DNA from: Planctomycetota bacterium
GTDB lineage: Bacteria > Planctomycetota > MHYJ01 > WSZJ01
NCBI GenBank assembly: GCA_038060895.1
Contig: JBBTCT010000034.1
Location: forward strand, 1-64,000
Direction of reading: 5' to 3'
DNA length: 64,000 bases
Notes under the pieces: model-generated
Seen by the model: the letters and a program-made list of their open reading frames with translations, nothing else
Databases searched by the model: none
Told to the model about the DNA's origin: nothing
Position numbers and translations under genes: made by a program
Shown: positions 9,685-20,221 of the stretch, piece after piece
Position numbering within the stretch: the first letter of the stretch is position 1
Layout: each line of letters opens with the position of its first letter

Positions 9685-10656
9685 ATGCGCATTCTGGCGA
9701 TTCTGCTCACAGCCGCCGTCGTGATCGCGACCGGATGCGACCTCAAGCTGCGCCGCCGCCCCGCCCCGGCCACGCCCGCAGCCCCCCCTGCCCCCACCCG
9801 GCCGACCGCGGAAGCCGTGGAAGCGGCGGCGTGGGAGGAAATGGAGGCCAGGTCCGCCGCCCTCGTCGCAAGCCAGCAGTTCGGCGGCGCGCTCCGCTTC
9901 CTCGACTCCGCCGCCGCCCATCATCCGGCACGCGTGGAGAGAATCCGCTCGCTGAAGGAAGCGGTGATGGCCGCGGCCCTGGCGCGGGCGGACGAGCTGG
10001 ACCGCGTCGCGCGGGAGGCCATCGAGCGCGGGGACGAGGCCGCTGCCCAGGCAGCCTGGAAGGCGGCGCTCGAACTGGACGTCAACGAAGTGTCCGACCG
10101 GATCCGGACCTCGATCCAGGCGGGAGAAGCGATTCTCTTCAGGAAGCAGCGCGCCCGCGCCTGGCCGAAGCTGGGTCCCGTGCTCCTCGAGCTCCAGAAG
10201 TACCTGCTCGCCCGCGACGACAAGGCCTCGCTGGATTTCCTGACGCGCACGAACGCCGCGCACCCGGACCTTCTCCAGGAAATCGACTGGCTGCGGGGCA
10301 CGGTGATAGAGGCCGGCGGCGTGTACAAGGCGGTCGAGTGCGGGCTGAACTTGCTCAAGGACTCCGAAGTGACGCTCGGCGCGGAAGGCGCGACGGTTGT
10401 CGGGGCGACGGCGGAAACTGCGTCGTTTCGCAGGCCTGCCGGGGACATGCTCGCGCTCCCGCTGGCCCAGCTTCCGCCCGACCTATTCCTCAAGGCCGCC
10501 CTCCGCGGCGGCCACTCCGCGGACTTCGTCGGACAGTATTTCCTCTTCACGGGCCGCGTCGCCGAAGCACGGGCCGCGTTCAAGGGACTGAACCGGCAGG
10601 ATCTGGACACGCTCGCGGACTCCGTTGAGCGCGCGATCGCGGGAAGCGACAAGTGA
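9685..10656 (+). CDS. Hypothetical lipoprotein
   Basis: Lipobox-like IATGC after a hydrophobic core; stop overlaps the kinase start (GTGA). Confidence 0.8.
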   Translation: MRILAILLTAAVVIATGCDLKLRRRPAPATPAAPPAPTRPTAEAVEAAAWEEMEARSAALVASQQFGGALRFLDSAAAHHPARVERIRSLKEAVMAAALARADELDRVAREAIERGDEAAAQAAWKAALELDVNEVSDRIRTSIQAGEAILFRKQRARAWPKLGPVLLELQKYLLARDDKASLDFLTRTNAAHPDLLQEIDWLRGTVIEAGGVYKAVECGLNLLKDSEVTLGAEGATVVGATAETASFRRPAGDMLALPLAQLPPDLFLKAALRGGHSADFVGQYFLFTGRVAEARAAFKGLNRQDLDTLADSVERAIAGSDK

Positions 10657-13600
10657 ATCCGAAACCACCCCGCAACACGGGCTCCTCCCGCGGCGCGCCG
10701 GAAGATCTGCGCGCGGCGATCGAGGCCGCCCGGCGAAATCCAAACCTGAACCTCGGTCGCGTGGTTCTGCTCGAAGAACTCGGCCGCGGCGGCATGGGCG
10801 TCGTGTACCGCGGGTGGCAGGAGGACCTGCGAAGCGTCGTCGCCGTCAAGGTCCTCCCGGGCGGCACCGACGAAAAGGACCGGGCGCGCTTCATGCGCGA
10901 AGCCCGTGTCGCCTCGAAGCTGCGCCACCCCAACATCGTGCCGGTGCACGAAGCAGGCGAGGCCGGCGGCCGCTGCTATTTCACGATGGACCTCGTCGAA
11001 GGGGGGTCGTTCCAGCGGGTCCTCAAGGAAAAGCGATTCGACCTCCGCACGCTGTGCGAAAAAGTGCGTCTCATCGCGCTCGCCCTGGACCACGCGCACA
11101 AAGCCGGAATCGTCCACCGCGACATCAAGCCCGCCAACATCCTCGTGTCACCGGACGATACGCCGTTTCTCACGGATTTCGGCCTTGCCCAGGACGCCAG
11201 CGCCATGACTCGGCTGACGCTGAGCGGCGCCATCATGGGAACGCCGGCCTACATGTCGCCGGAGCAGGCGGAGGGTCGCACGGGCGCGATCGACGCGCGC
11301 ACCGACATCTACTCGCTCGGCGCCGTCCTCTACGAAGGCCTGACCGGCCACACTCCGGTCGAAGGCGGCGACATCGCGGCCATGATCTGGTCGATCCTCA
11401 AGTCCGATCCCGCGCGGCCGTCGTCGCGCGTGCCCGGGATTCCACGCGATGTCGAGACGATCTGCATGAAGTGCCTCGAGAAGGACGCGAATCGCCGTTA
11501 CGCGACCGCCGCGGACCTGGCGCGCGACCTGCAGCACTTCCTGGACAAGGAGTCGATCGAGGCCGTCCCACCCGGCACCTTCACGATGTGGTGGCTTCGG
11601 GCGAAGCGGCGGCCGCTGCCTTATGTGGTGAGCGCGGCGTCCGTTCTGCTGCTGGCGGCGATCGGCGCGATGTGGGCGCAGGACGTGGCGAACCGGAAGA
11701 AGCTGGATGCGCTGAGTCGCAAGGAGGCGCAGGACGCCGAGAGCATGAAAAAAACGAACGGGCTGACCGTGAAACTCACGGAGGAGGAGAGGAAGACGCT
11801 GGAGGACTTCGCGCAAATCCGGGCGCTGCAGCAGCGTTTCGTCGCTTCATCCGATCCGGCCGCCAGGGACCGGCTGCTGGGAGAAATCGCCCTGAAATTC
11901 GCGGAGCTGGGCGGGACAGCGGCGAACCCGGGCACCGGTCACACGCCTCCGCCGGCAGCACAATCCCCCTGGCCCTCCGTCGAGGCGCACGTGCGCTCGC
12001 TGGCGGCCGCGTGGCAATTCGGAGCGGCGCTCTCAGCCCTGGACATCTTCCAGCGGACCCTGCCCGCCGAACGCGCGAAGGCGGAGGAATCAAGACGCGG
12101 CGTGATGCAGGCGGCGCGGACGGCGTGGAGGCGGATCGAGAGCGAGGCTTCGCGTCTCAGCAAATCAGGCGAATTCGAGGCGGCCGACGGACTGCTCGGC
12201 CGCTCGGCACAGTGGGCCATCCCGGAAATCGAAAGCGAAGCGCAGGCACGGCAGGAAATCGTCGCGGCGGCGCGCCGGGAGGCCGATGCACGGATGGTCC
12301 GGCGCAAAGAGCTGCAACCCCGTGTCGAGGAAGCGCGTCGGAGCGTGGCGCCCCTCCTGCAGAATGGGGACATCGAGGGCGCCCGGGCGGTCGTGAAGGC
12401 GCTCCTGGCGCAGGCCGAAGAGCTGGCGCCGGATGTCGAAGCGCTGGAGCGCGCGGTCGCGGCCGTGGCGGCGTACGAGGATGCGGTCCTCGCAGGCGCG
12501 GCCGCTTCCCGCGGCACAAGGTTGCGCGCCGGCCCGGTCACCTACGAACTCGCCGGTGCTGACGGGAGACGATTGAGCGTCAAGGCGAACGGCGTTACGA
12601 CATCGCTCGACCTTTCGAAATTCGTGCCGGAAGACATCGAGACCCTCGCCGTGGCCGGCCACGTTTCGCCGGCTTCGCTCGGGCTCGCGCGTCTCTTCCA
12701 CGGAAAAGTCGCGGAAGCGCGAAAGACGTGGGAGGCGGAAGCCGACCGACCCACGCTCGACGGGATTGCGGATGCGATCGCGCTGGCCCTGGGCGCGCAG
12801 GAACGCGAACGCCAGGCGAATGCCGCGATCGACGAAGCGAAGGCGTTCGCGAAAAAAAAACAGGTCGACAAGGCGCGGGCGGCGCTCGTCAAGGCTCGCG
12901 GGATTGGGGACACGGAAGCGCTTCGAAAGCGCGCCTCTGAAATAGCGCAGTTCGCCTCGGCGCTTGTGGAGGCCAACATCTCGGCGCCCTTCGTCGCCAA
13001 GCCGTCGTGGTCACCGGACGGGTACGAGTGGACCTACGATTTCACTTCGGCGCAGCAGGCGCGCGACTGGCCGGCGCTCTCCAATTCATGGAACACCTGC
13101 ACGCGCGGTTACGGTGCCCGCGTCGTCGCCGGCGGCCTCTGGACCTGCAATACCGAAGCGCGCTTCATCGCCCCCTTTGAGGGCGCCATGGCGATCACGT
13201 GCGAGTTTCAGTATGCCGGAAGCGAGGACCGCCTGGTGGGAGTCGGTATCGGCGCTTACGGCGTCGCTGTCTGGGGTGGGCTGGCTGACGAACGCGCGGG
13301 AGTGGTGATCTCCCCGACAGACGGCGTGCTGCGCAAGTTCTCCCCTGCGGCGGTTCAGCCCGGGATCCGGGTCCCCGTCGAGCTGCGGCTCGCGAACGGT
13401 CGCCTTCGGGCGGTCTGGAACGGCCAGGTCGTTTTCGACGACGTGATCATCGACCCGCCGCGGCCGGTCTCGCCGGGGCTCTTTGTGGACCAGAACACGG
13501 CCGCGGTCTGGCACAACGTGCGCGTCACGGGGACGCCGCGCGCGGGATGGGCGGAAGAACGGGCTGCGGAGGACCTCGAGGTTGAATTCGTCCGCAAGGC

Positions 13601-14579
13601 GAAAGGAAATGGCCGTGAGTACCTGAAGCCGTCGTCGGACGGCAGGAAGTTCGGGCTCTTCACGAAGCAGGAAGACGTGGAATGGACGAAGGCGGATGAC
13701 GGGGGCCTCGAGGCCAACGCCCTGGAAGACGCCACCCGGTCCGCGTACGAAACCTCGAGGGTCGCCGAGCTTCATGCCATCTCGGAAGACGCGCAGTTCC
13801 GGAACGGTCGCATCACCTTTGACTACCGGGTTTTTTCCGGGGCGTACGTCGAGCTCTGCACGCGCCAGGGGTCCGAAGCGAACCCGACGTTTTACCTGCC
13901 GTGCGATCGTCCCGACGACTGGCTCACCGTGGAAATCGTCATCGCGGAAGCTTCCTACGACGCGCTCGTGTTCTCGAAGAAAGGCACCGCCGACGAATCC
14001 GTCACGCGTCTCCTCCCGCACGGGCCGCGGCTGGCGGTCTGGCCCGGCGGGCTCCGGCTCAAGGTCAAGAACGGACGGGCCTCTTTCCGCAATTTCCGCG
14101 TCCAGGAGGCGCAGGGTCTGAAGCCGGTTCCTGTCTTTACCGAATTGCTGACAGGCAAGAAGGAGGGCGGCGTCACCTGGTCCGAAGGCTGGGTCGTGGA
14201 GGATCATCCGCTCGGCGGCAAGCGCCTCACGCGCACAGGCGGGGAGTCCTGGGTCGAATTCACCGTTCCCGCAGGCGACGCCGAGATCCTCTTCGGGTAC
14301 GACATCCTCCGCGATCCCGGCGCAACGGACGCCCCCCCGCTTCCCACGGTCCGCCTCACCGTCAACGACGTGGACCTCTGTACCGAGCGACTGTTCAAGC
14401 ACAACGAGCCGCGCGGGATCCACCTGATCGCGCGAGGAGGCAAGGCGTTCGTCGAATACGACCGCTGGCCGATCTTCTCGGGAAGGGACGTCGGCCGGGG
14501 ACCTTTCAAGGTGCGGATCGGGCTGGAGGGACCCATCGCGGTGACCACGATTTATTTCCGCAGGCCCGTCGGCCGATAA
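10653..14579 (+). CDS. Membrane Ser/Thr protein kinase with large C-terminal region
   Basis: LGRGGMGVVY, VAVK, HRDIKPANIL, DFGLA, GTPAYMSPEQ; one TM helix; helical then beta-rich C-terminus. Confidence 0.93.
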   Translation: MNPKPPRNTGSSRGAPEDLRAAIEAARRNPNLNLGRVVLLEELGRGGMGVVYRGWQEDLRSVVAVKVLPGGTDEKDRARFMREARVASKLRHPNIVPVHEAGEAGGRCYFTMDLVEGGSFQRVLKEKRFDLRTLCEKVRLIALALDHAHKAGIVHRDIKPANILVSPDDTPFLTDFGLAQDASAMTRLTLSGAIMGTPAYMSPEQAEGRTGAIDARTDIYSLGAVLYEGLTGHTPVEGGDIAAMIWSILKSDPARPSSRVPGIPRDVETICMKCLEKDANRRYATAADLARDLQHFLDKESIEAVPPGTFTMWWLRAKRRPLPYVVSAASVLLLAAIGAMWAQDVANRKKLDALSRKEAQDAESMKKTNGLTVKLTEEERKTLEDFAQIRALQQRFVASSDPAARDRLLGEIALKFAELGGTAANPGTGHTPPPAAQSPWPSVEAHVRSLAAAWQFGAALSALDIFQRTLPAERAKAEESRRGVMQAARTAWRRIESEASRLSKSGEFEAADGLLGRSAQWAIPEIESEAQARQEIVAAARREADARMVRRKELQPRVEEARRSVAPLLQNGDIEGARAVVKALLAQAEELAPDVEALERAVAAVAAYEDAVLAGAAASRGTRLRAGPVTYELAGADGRRLSVKANGVTTSLDLSKFVPEDIETLAVAGHVSPASLGLARLFHGKVAEARKTWEAEADRPTLDGIADAIALALGAQERERQANAAIDEAKAFAKKKQVDKARAALVKARGIGDTEALRKRASEIAQFASALVEANISAPFVAKPSWSPDGYEWTYDFTSAQQARDWPALSNSWNTCTRGYGARVVAGGLWTCNTEARFIAPFEGAMAITCEFQYAGSEDRLVGVGIGAYGVAVWGGLADERAGVVISPTDGVLRKFSPAAVQPGIRVPVELRLANGRLRAVWNGQVVFDDVIIDPPRPVSPGLFVDQNTAAVWHNVRVTGTPRAGWAEERAAEDLEVEFVRKAKGNGREYLKPSSDGRKFGLFTKQEDVEWTKADDGGLEANALEDATRSAYETSRVAELHAISEDAQFRNGRITFDYRVFSGAYVELCTRQGSEANPTFYLPCDRPDDWLTVEIVIAEASYDALVFSKKGTADESVTRLLPHGPRLAVWPGGLRLKVKNGRASFRNFRVQEAQGLKPVPVFTELLTGKKEGGVTWSEGWVVEDHPLGGKRLTRTGGESWVEFTVPAGDAEILFGYDILRDPGATDAPPLPTVRLTVNDVDLCTERLFKHNEPRGIHLIARGGKAFVEYDRWPIFSGRDVGRGPFKVRIGLEGPIAVTTIYFRRPVGR

Positions 14580-14661
14580 TAGAACGGCTCTTCCTCGACG
14601 CACGCCCGGCGATTTCCCATAATCGGCGTCCCCTCCCCGCGCACCCTTTTTCGACGAATCC

Positions 14662-15405
14662 ATGATCCGCACCGTAGAGGAAGCCAAATCCGCGCTGGCG
14701 GAGATCATTGTGCTGCCTCATCGGCGCATGCAGATCATCCAGATGCAGGTCAAGATGGCGACCTGCCTGGATTCGAAGGCGCGGAAGTTCCTGTCGAACG
14801 CGCTGGAAGTGCTGGTCAAGCGGCGCGGGAAGAAATTCGGGGGACAGGGTGCGCCTGCAGGGGCGGCGGCGCCTCCCGTCGGAGTGACCGCCGGCGCCCC
14901 CGCCGCGGCGCCGCCCACGACCCCGCTCGAGGAAATCCCGGAAACGACGGAGTTCGACGACCTCAAGATGGCGAGCCTCGTGAGGGACGTCTTCAGCGAA
15001 ACCCACCAGGACCTCCCCGAATGGCAGGTCGCCCGCGCCATCCTCGCCAACCGCGACAACCTCCGCGAATTCCTCATCGAGGCCATCAAGGCGAAAAACG
15101 CCAAGGACTTCGAGGCCTACAACGAGCAGGCGCTCAAGGTCTTCGACCTCATTCTCGGCGTGCAGATGCAGATGGGTCGAAGCGCCGACAAGGTGAACAA
15201 GTTCATCCGCGAGGTCGTGGAGAAGCTGAACGCCTCCGACCCGGGGCTTGAGATCGAGCGCGACGAAACGGGCCAGATCGTCAACGCGATCATGATGTTC
15301 GATCCGCGGATCAAGACGATGCTGGGCTTCCAGGCGGAGGGGGCGCCGGGAGTGGAGAAGGCGATGGTGGAGGTGAACCGGCTGCTGACGAAGCTGAGGG
15401 GGTGA
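14662..15405 (+). CDS. Hypothetical protein
   Basis: Strong GC3 codon bias, 247 aa, no recognised motif. Confidence 0.8.
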   Translation: MIRTVEEAKSALAEIIVLPHRRMQIIQMQVKMATCLDSKARKFLSNALEVLVKRRGKKFGGQGAPAGAAAPPVGVTAGAPAAAPPTTPLEEIPETTEFDDLKMASLVRDVFSETHQDLPEWQVARAILANRDNLREFLIEAIKAKNAKDFEAYNEQALKVFDLILGVQMQMGRSADKVNKFIREVVEKLNASDPGLEIERDETGQIVNAIMMFDPRIKTMLGFQAEGAPGVEKAMVEVNRLLTKLRG

Positions 15406-15423
15406 AAACGGCAACAACGAAGG

Positions 15424-15530
15424 GAAAAACGAAAAAGGAAAAACAAAAAACGAAAAGTGAACGGCCAGGAAACCGGGGCCCCTGTTTCCTGGCCGTTCAC
15501 TTTTCATTTTTCGTTTTTTGTTTTTCGTTT
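15424..15530. repeat. Hairpin with GAAAAAC/TTTTCGT heptamer arms and a 22-bp perfect core
   Basis: GAAAAGTGAACGGCCAGGAAAC (15452-15473) / GTTTCCTGGCCGTTCACTTTTC (15484-15505); T-rich tail could act as a terminator. Confidence 0.85.
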
Positions 15531-15592
15531 CTTTGTAGCCCTTTTCCTTCCCGCGGCGCCCCCTCACCAGGATCTGGTAAGCTCCCTTCCCC

Positions 15593-17371
15593 ATGTCCCT
15601 TTACTCCCGCCTCGAGCCTCTCCTCCCCCTCGTCAAAGCTCCCGCCCAGTACATCGGCGGCGAGGTGAATTCCGTCGTCAAGGATCACGCGAAAGTCGCC
15701 GTCAAGGTCGCCCTCGCCTTCCCCGACACCTACAAGATCGGGATGTCCCACCTCGGCCTGCAGATCCTCTACGGCCTTGTGAACCGCGAGAGCAGCATGC
15801 TCGCCGAACGCGTTTTCGCGCCGTGGCCCGACATGGAAGCGCGGATGCGCGAGGCCGGCGTGCCGTTGTATTCCCTCGAGACGAAAACCCCGGTGGCCGC
15901 ATTCGACATCCTCGGGTTCTCGCTTCAGTACGAACTCTCGTTCACCAACGTCATCAACATGCTCGATCTCGCGGGGATTCCTCTTCGAAGCGACGACCGC
16001 GGCCCGAACGACCCGCTGATCATTGCCGGCGGCTCCTGCACGTTCCAGCCGGAGCCGATCGCGGAGTTCCTCGACATCTGCGTGTTGGGCGACGGCGAAG
16101 AGCGCCTGATTGAACTCGCCAAAGTCGTCGCGGAGCTGAAGGGCAAGTTCCGCAGCCGCCGCGAGTACTGCCGCGAACTCGTGAAGCGCGTCCCGAACCT
16201 CTACGCGCCGAACCTGTACGACGTCGAGCACGCGGTGGACGGCCGCATTGCAGCGATCACGCCGAATTGCGACGAGGCGCCGCTTTTCGTGCAGCGCGCT
16301 TCAGTCTCGAATTTCGAAACGTCGTTCTTCCCGACCCATCCCATCGTCCCCGCCGTCGAATGCGTCCACGAACGCATCAACCTCGAGGTCATGCGCGGCT
16401 GTCCGCACGCGTGCCGCTTCTGCCAGGCCGGCATGATCAAGCTGCCGGTGCGGGCGAGGAGCGTGGAGACGCTGGTGAAGTACGCGCTGGAGACGTACCA
16501 CGCGACGGGGTACGACGAGATCGCGCTGACGAGCCTGTCGACGGCGGACTACCCGCACCTGGAAGAGCTGATGGCGCGGCTCAAACAGGAGTTCGACGGC
16601 AAGAAGGTCGGCATTTCGCTGCCCTCCCTCCGCGTCAACGAGCGCATCCGCAGCATCCCGGGAATTCTGAACACGATCCGCAAGGCCGGCTTCACCATGG
16701 CCCCCGAGGCCGGCACCGAGCGCATGCGCAAGGTCATCCACAAGCTCATCAAGGACGACGACCTCTACGCCGCCGCCACCGCCGCCTACCGCGAGGGCTG
16801 GGACGTCATCAAGGTCTACTACATGATCGGCCTCCCCCACGAGGAGGACGCCGACATCGACGCGACGTGCGAAGCGATCCTCAAGACGTCGCGGTGCGCG
16901 CGCGAATCCCAGAACCGCGACGGCGAACTCAACGTCACCGTGTCGCCCTTCGTGCCGAAGGCCCACACGCCCTTCCAGTGGGAACCGATGGCCAGCGCGG
17001 ATCGGTTCAAAGAAATCCGCAGCCGCATGCACAACCGCATCCGCTCCAAGAAAATCCACCTCAAGGTCCACGACCCCGAGCGCGCCTACGTCGAAGGCGT
17101 CGTCAGCCGCGGCGACCGCCGCCTCGCGCCAATGCTGGTGGAAGCCGTGAAGAGCGGCTGCACCTTCGACGCCTGGGACGAGTGCTTCTCCTACAAGCGC
17201 TGGATGGACATCTTCGCCCGCTGCGGCATCGACCAGGCCAACCACAACTTCCGCGAGCGCCCCGATGACGAAGTCTTCGCCTGGGACCACCTCGACGGCG
17301 GACCGCCGAAGCGGACGCTTCTGCGCAGCCGCGTGAAGGCGGAGACGCTGGCGGAGTCGTACTCTGCCTGA
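15593..17371 (+). CDS. B12-binding radical SAM protein (TIGR03960-like)
   Basis: PAQYIGGEVN, FPDTYKIGMSHLG, GFSLQYEL, RGCPHACRFCQAG (CxxxCxxC), FVPKAHTPFQW. Confidence 0.93.
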   Translation: MSLYSRLEPLLPLVKAPAQYIGGEVNSVVKDHAKVAVKVALAFPDTYKIGMSHLGLQILYGLVNRESSMLAERVFAPWPDMEARMREAGVPLYSLETKTPVAAFDILGFSLQYELSFTNVINMLDLAGIPLRSDDRGPNDPLIIAGGSCTFQPEPIAEFLDICVLGDGEERLIELAKVVAELKGKFRSRREYCRELVKRVPNLYAPNLYDVEHAVDGRIAAITPNCDEAPLFVQRASVSNFETSFFPTHPIVPAVECVHERINLEVMRGCPHACRFCQAGMIKLPVRARSVETLVKYALETYHATGYDEIALTSLSTADYPHLEELMARLKQEFDGKKVGISLPSLRVNERIRSIPGILNTIRKAGFTMAPEAGTERMRKVIHKLIKDDDLYAAATAAYREGWDVIKVYYMIGLPHEEDADIDATCEAILKTSRCARESQNRDGELNVTVSPFVPKAHTPFQWEPMASADRFKEIRSRMHNRIRSKKIHLKVHDPERAYVEGVVSRGDRRLAPMLVEAVKSGCTFDAWDECFSYKRWMDIFARCGIDQANHNFRERPDDEVFAWDHLDGGPPKRTLLRSRVKAETLAESYSA

Positions 17372-17816
17372 AGTAACATTTCCGATTCTTCCTTACCGCG
17401 GCGCTGGTGTCCTTGTTTTCGGACTGTCGCGCGAAGAAGTCAAATCCGTTCTGCGCGAGCCCCCAACGGAATTTCAGAAGGGGGCAGGGTCGCGTACGGC
17501 GGACGCGTTCAACTCCCATCAACTTCACGTGTATTACGATGAGAACTACTTGCTGCTGGCCGTGGACTTTTGGGGAGATTCACGGGTTTCCTTCGACGGC
17601 AGAACCTTGCTTGGGAGACCTTATCGTGCCGAGGAAGACTTCTTCCGTTCGTTAGATCCGGAGATTGAAACTGACGGATCAGGATTCATTTCACGCCGCT
17701 TGGGAATCACCCTCTATGCGTCTGGGGCCATGAAAGAGCCCCAAACGCCCGTCGAGGCGGTAACTGTGTTCGAGAGGGGCTACTACGAGCGCGGCGATCC
17801 CGGACTGGACGCCTAG
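17364..17816 (+). CDS. Hypothetical protein, likely starting at a non-canonical CTG
   Basis: The frame of the 17529 ORF is open upstream to a stop at 17334; reads ILPYRGAGVLVFGLSREEVKSVL; GGAG at 17353-17356 is 7 nt before CTG 17364. Confidence 0.55.
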   Translation: MPEVTFPILPYRGAGVLVFGLSREEVKSVLREPPTEFQKGAGSRTADAFNSHQLHVYYDENYLLLAVDFWGDSRVSFDGRTLLGRPYRAEEDFFRSLDPEIETDGSGFISRRLGITLYASGAMKEPQTPVEAVTVFERGYYERGDPGLDA

Positions 17817-17875
17817 CACTGCGCTCTTGCCCGAGTCCCGCTCGCTCGGATTTGGGGTTGGTGCCGGATACGAAT

Positions 17876-18259
17876 TCAGCTTCCTGAGAAGCGAGACACA
17901 TTCCGGAGTTTCATCTCCTCTCGTCGCTTCCGCCACCCGCGCCGTGCCGCCTCTGACCGCCGCCAAGCCGCTAGACCTCGCTTGATAGATCCCGCCTCAG
18001 TGACAAATCGGATTTGGCGGAGAACTCGGTAGTTTGGAACCCACTCCGTTCGCAGGCAGTTCATTCGAAAGAAGAACGGATCGTCGTCGGAGAGACTCAT
18101 TCGGTTTTTCGACTTGAAGAAATTCCGCATGCTTCCGAACCTGGACGGAACGACGCGCAGCAGAAGCGTGCCGTCCATCCGGATCTCAACCGGGCGCTTG
18201 GTCTTTTCAATCAGTTCGAAGATCCGGCGCATCCAGTCTCGGATCTTCCGGACGCTCAC
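17876..18259 (-). CDS. Phd-like orphan or degenerate antitoxin-like protein
   Basis: VSVRKIRDWMRRIFELIEKTKRPVEIRMDGTLLLRVVP resembles the Phd/YefM N-terminal pattern; start uncertain. Confidence 0.35.
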   Translation of the reverse strand: MSVRKIRDWMRRIFELIEKTKRPVEIRMDGTLLLRVVPSRFGSMRNFFKSKNRMSLSDDDPFFFRMNCLRTEWVPNYRVLRQIRFVTEAGSIKRGLAAWRRSEAARRGWRKRREEMKLRNVSRFSGS

Positions 18260-18436
18260 GCTGCGCCCGGGGCCGAGGCGGGGATGAGGCGAGGGAGGAA
18301 TCGGACCAATCTGGGCGGGACGGGGATGCCTGGGAATGGCGGGGCGGAAGTTGGGGAAGGCACGCTCCCTGTGGGTTCGATTGGAGTGTTGGATCTTCAT
18401 CGCCCAAGCAGGCAACTGGTTCACGGCCGAGCAGTT

Positions 18437-18841
18437 CTAGGCCACCCAGTTGTCGACCTTCAAACCCGGGATATCGGTGAAGTCGCGAACGTTTCGCGTC
18501 ACCATGATCAAACCGTGCTCCAACGCGGTTACGCCGATCATGAGGTCCATTTCCGGCAGAGTCCGTCCGCGCCTCCTGAGGCGCTCGTCGATGTCGGACG
18601 TGGCAAGGGCAAGCTTCTTCGTGAAATCCAGGACCGTCAGCCGCTTCAGAAGTCCCCGCTCAAGAGATTCCCAGGCCGCATCGGGGTCAGGATTCCTCGC
18701 TGTGCCCCGGCGCAGTTCGAGGAGGACCAGGGAGCTCGTTGCTCCTGAGCCGAGCGGGACCGACTCGAAGCGCTCGTTGAGGCCGGCAGGTGGCTTGCGC
18801 CGCGTCAGGTCGATAAGGATGTTCGAGTCGAAGAGGTACAT
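18437..18841 (-). CDS. vapC: VapC-like PIN-domain toxin
   Basis: YLFDSNILI, LLEL, DLMIGVTAL, VTRNVRDF, VDNW. Confidence 0.92.
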   Translation of the reverse strand: MYLFDSNILIDLTRRKPPAGLNERFESVPLGSGATSSLVLLELRRGTARNPDPDAAWESLERGLLKRLTVLDFTKKLALATSDIDERLRRRGRTLPEMDLMIGVTALEHGLIMVTRNVRDFTDIPGLKVDNWVA

Positions 18842-19131
18842 CAGCGCCTCGGGAACGCTGGGTGAGCGCGCATCTTGCGCGACTTTCGTTCGGCGATGAT
18901 CTCTTCCATGTCGGCGAAGAAGGGATTGTTGTCCTTGAAGATGAGGTGCTTTCGCCACTCGGAGCCGATAGTTTCTTCAATGGGGATGAGGCGCGCGACA
19001 TTCTTGCCGCGACGGGCGATGTTGATCGGCTTGCCGGAGCGAAGAATCCGGTCAATAAGGGCAATCAAATCGCGCTTCGCGTCGGCGATGCCGACGGTGT
19101 CCGGCGGCAACTTCAAAGGGGCTCGTTTCAT
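18841..19131 (-). CDS. Phd/YefM family antitoxin
   Basis: VGIADAKRDLIALIDRI..GKPINIARRGKNVARLIP; stop overlaps the toxin start (TGATG). Confidence 0.88.
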   Translation of the reverse strand: MKRAPLKLPPDTVGIADAKRDLIALIDRILRSGKPINIARRGKNVARLIPIEETIGSEWRKHLIFKDNNPFFADMEEIIAERKSRKMRAHPAFPRR

Positions 19132-19166
19132 ATGGTCATTATGACCATCTGAACGGTTCCACTCAA
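19132..19166 (-). promoter_or_regulatory. Sigma70 promoter with overlapping palindromic operator (leaderless TA operon)
   Basis: Minus strand TTGAGT-17nt-CATAAT-6nt-ATG; perfect inverted repeat ATGGTCAT-T-ATGACCAT at 19132-19148. Confidence 0.8.
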
Positions 19167-20221
19167 GCGCGCACATAGGCTTCTCCTTCCCGTTTCGCCC
19201 GCCCTCGCTTCTCCAGCCCCTCGAGCGCGTGCTCCACCTCCTCGCACCCAAGCCCCGTCTCCTCGACCAGGTCCCCCGCACCGCGAGCGCCGGCCCGAAG
19301 CGCTTCCAGCACCCGGTCCTCCGTCGCCGAGAGCGGCGTGGTCATGCGCTCGAAGCCGATCTCCTCGAGGATGTCGTCGGCGCAGGCGGCGAGCTTGGCG
19401 CCCTGCTTGATGAGGTTGTGGCAGCCGCGGGAAGCGGTGCTGGAGATGGGGCCCGGGACGGCGAAAACTTCCTTGCCCTGCTCGACGGCCCAGTCGGCGG
19501 TGATGAGGGCTCCGGAGGATTCGCCGGACTCGACGACGACGGTGCCGAGGCCGAGGGCGGCGATGAGGCGGTTGCGGCGGGGGAAGTGGACGGCGTTGGG
19601 CTCGGCGCGAAGGGGGAATTCGCTGAGGAGGCAGCCGCGGGTGGCGATGCGGGCGGCGAGGGAAGCGTTGTCCTCGGGGTAGACGCGCAGGACGCCGCTG
19701 CCCAGCACCGCGATCGTACGGCCCGCCCTTAAGGCCCCACGGTGGGCGGCGGTGTCGATGCCGCGGGCGAGGCCGGAGACGACGGTCATGCCGGCCTCGG
19801 CGAGGTCGCGGGCGAGGCGTTCGGAGGCGTTGAGGCCGTAGGGGGTGGCCTCGCGGGTGCCGACGACGGAGACTGCGGCGGCGTCATCGGGCAACAGGCT
19901 CCCGCGGACGTAGAGGACGAGCGGGGCGTCGTAGAGGAGCTTGAAGCCCGGCGGAGTTTCCGGGTCGTCATGCGCAATGAGCCTCACGCCCAGGAGCTGC
20001 GCCTCTTCCAGCTCGCGCGCGCCCTTACGGTCCGCAATCATCCTGCGGACATCCGCGGCCGAGGACGGCCCGACGCCCTCGACGCCGGCGAGGGAGTGTT
20101 CCGAAGCGGCGGCAATGCCCTGGAGGGAGCCGAAGCGGTCCAGCAGGCGCCTGAGGAGGACGCATCCGACGCGCTCGCTGGCGTTGATGGCGACGAGGAC
20201 TTCGAGGTCTGCACGATCCAT
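19163..20221 (-). CDS. dprA: DNA-protecting protein DprA
   Basis: VVGTREATPYG, VVSGLARGIDTAAH, FPRRNRLIA, SGALITA, EVFAVPG; C-terminal wHTH. Confidence 0.95.
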   Translation of the reverse strand: MDRADLEVLVAINASERVGCVLLRRLLDRFGSLQGIAAASEHSLAGVEGVGPSSAADVRRMIADRKGARELEEAQLLGVRLIAHDDPETPPGFKLLYDAPLVLYVRGSLLPDDAAAVSVVGTREATPYGLNASERLARDLAEAGMTVVSGLARGIDTAAHRGALRAGRTIAVLGSGVLRVYPEDNASLAARIATRGCLLSEFPLRAEPNAVHFPRRNRLIAALGLGTVVVESGESSGALITADWAVEQGKEVFAVPGPISSTASRGCHNLIKQGAKLAACADDILEEIGFERMTTPLSATEDRVLEALRAGARGAGDLVEETGLGCEEVEHALEGLEKRGRAKREGEAYVRA

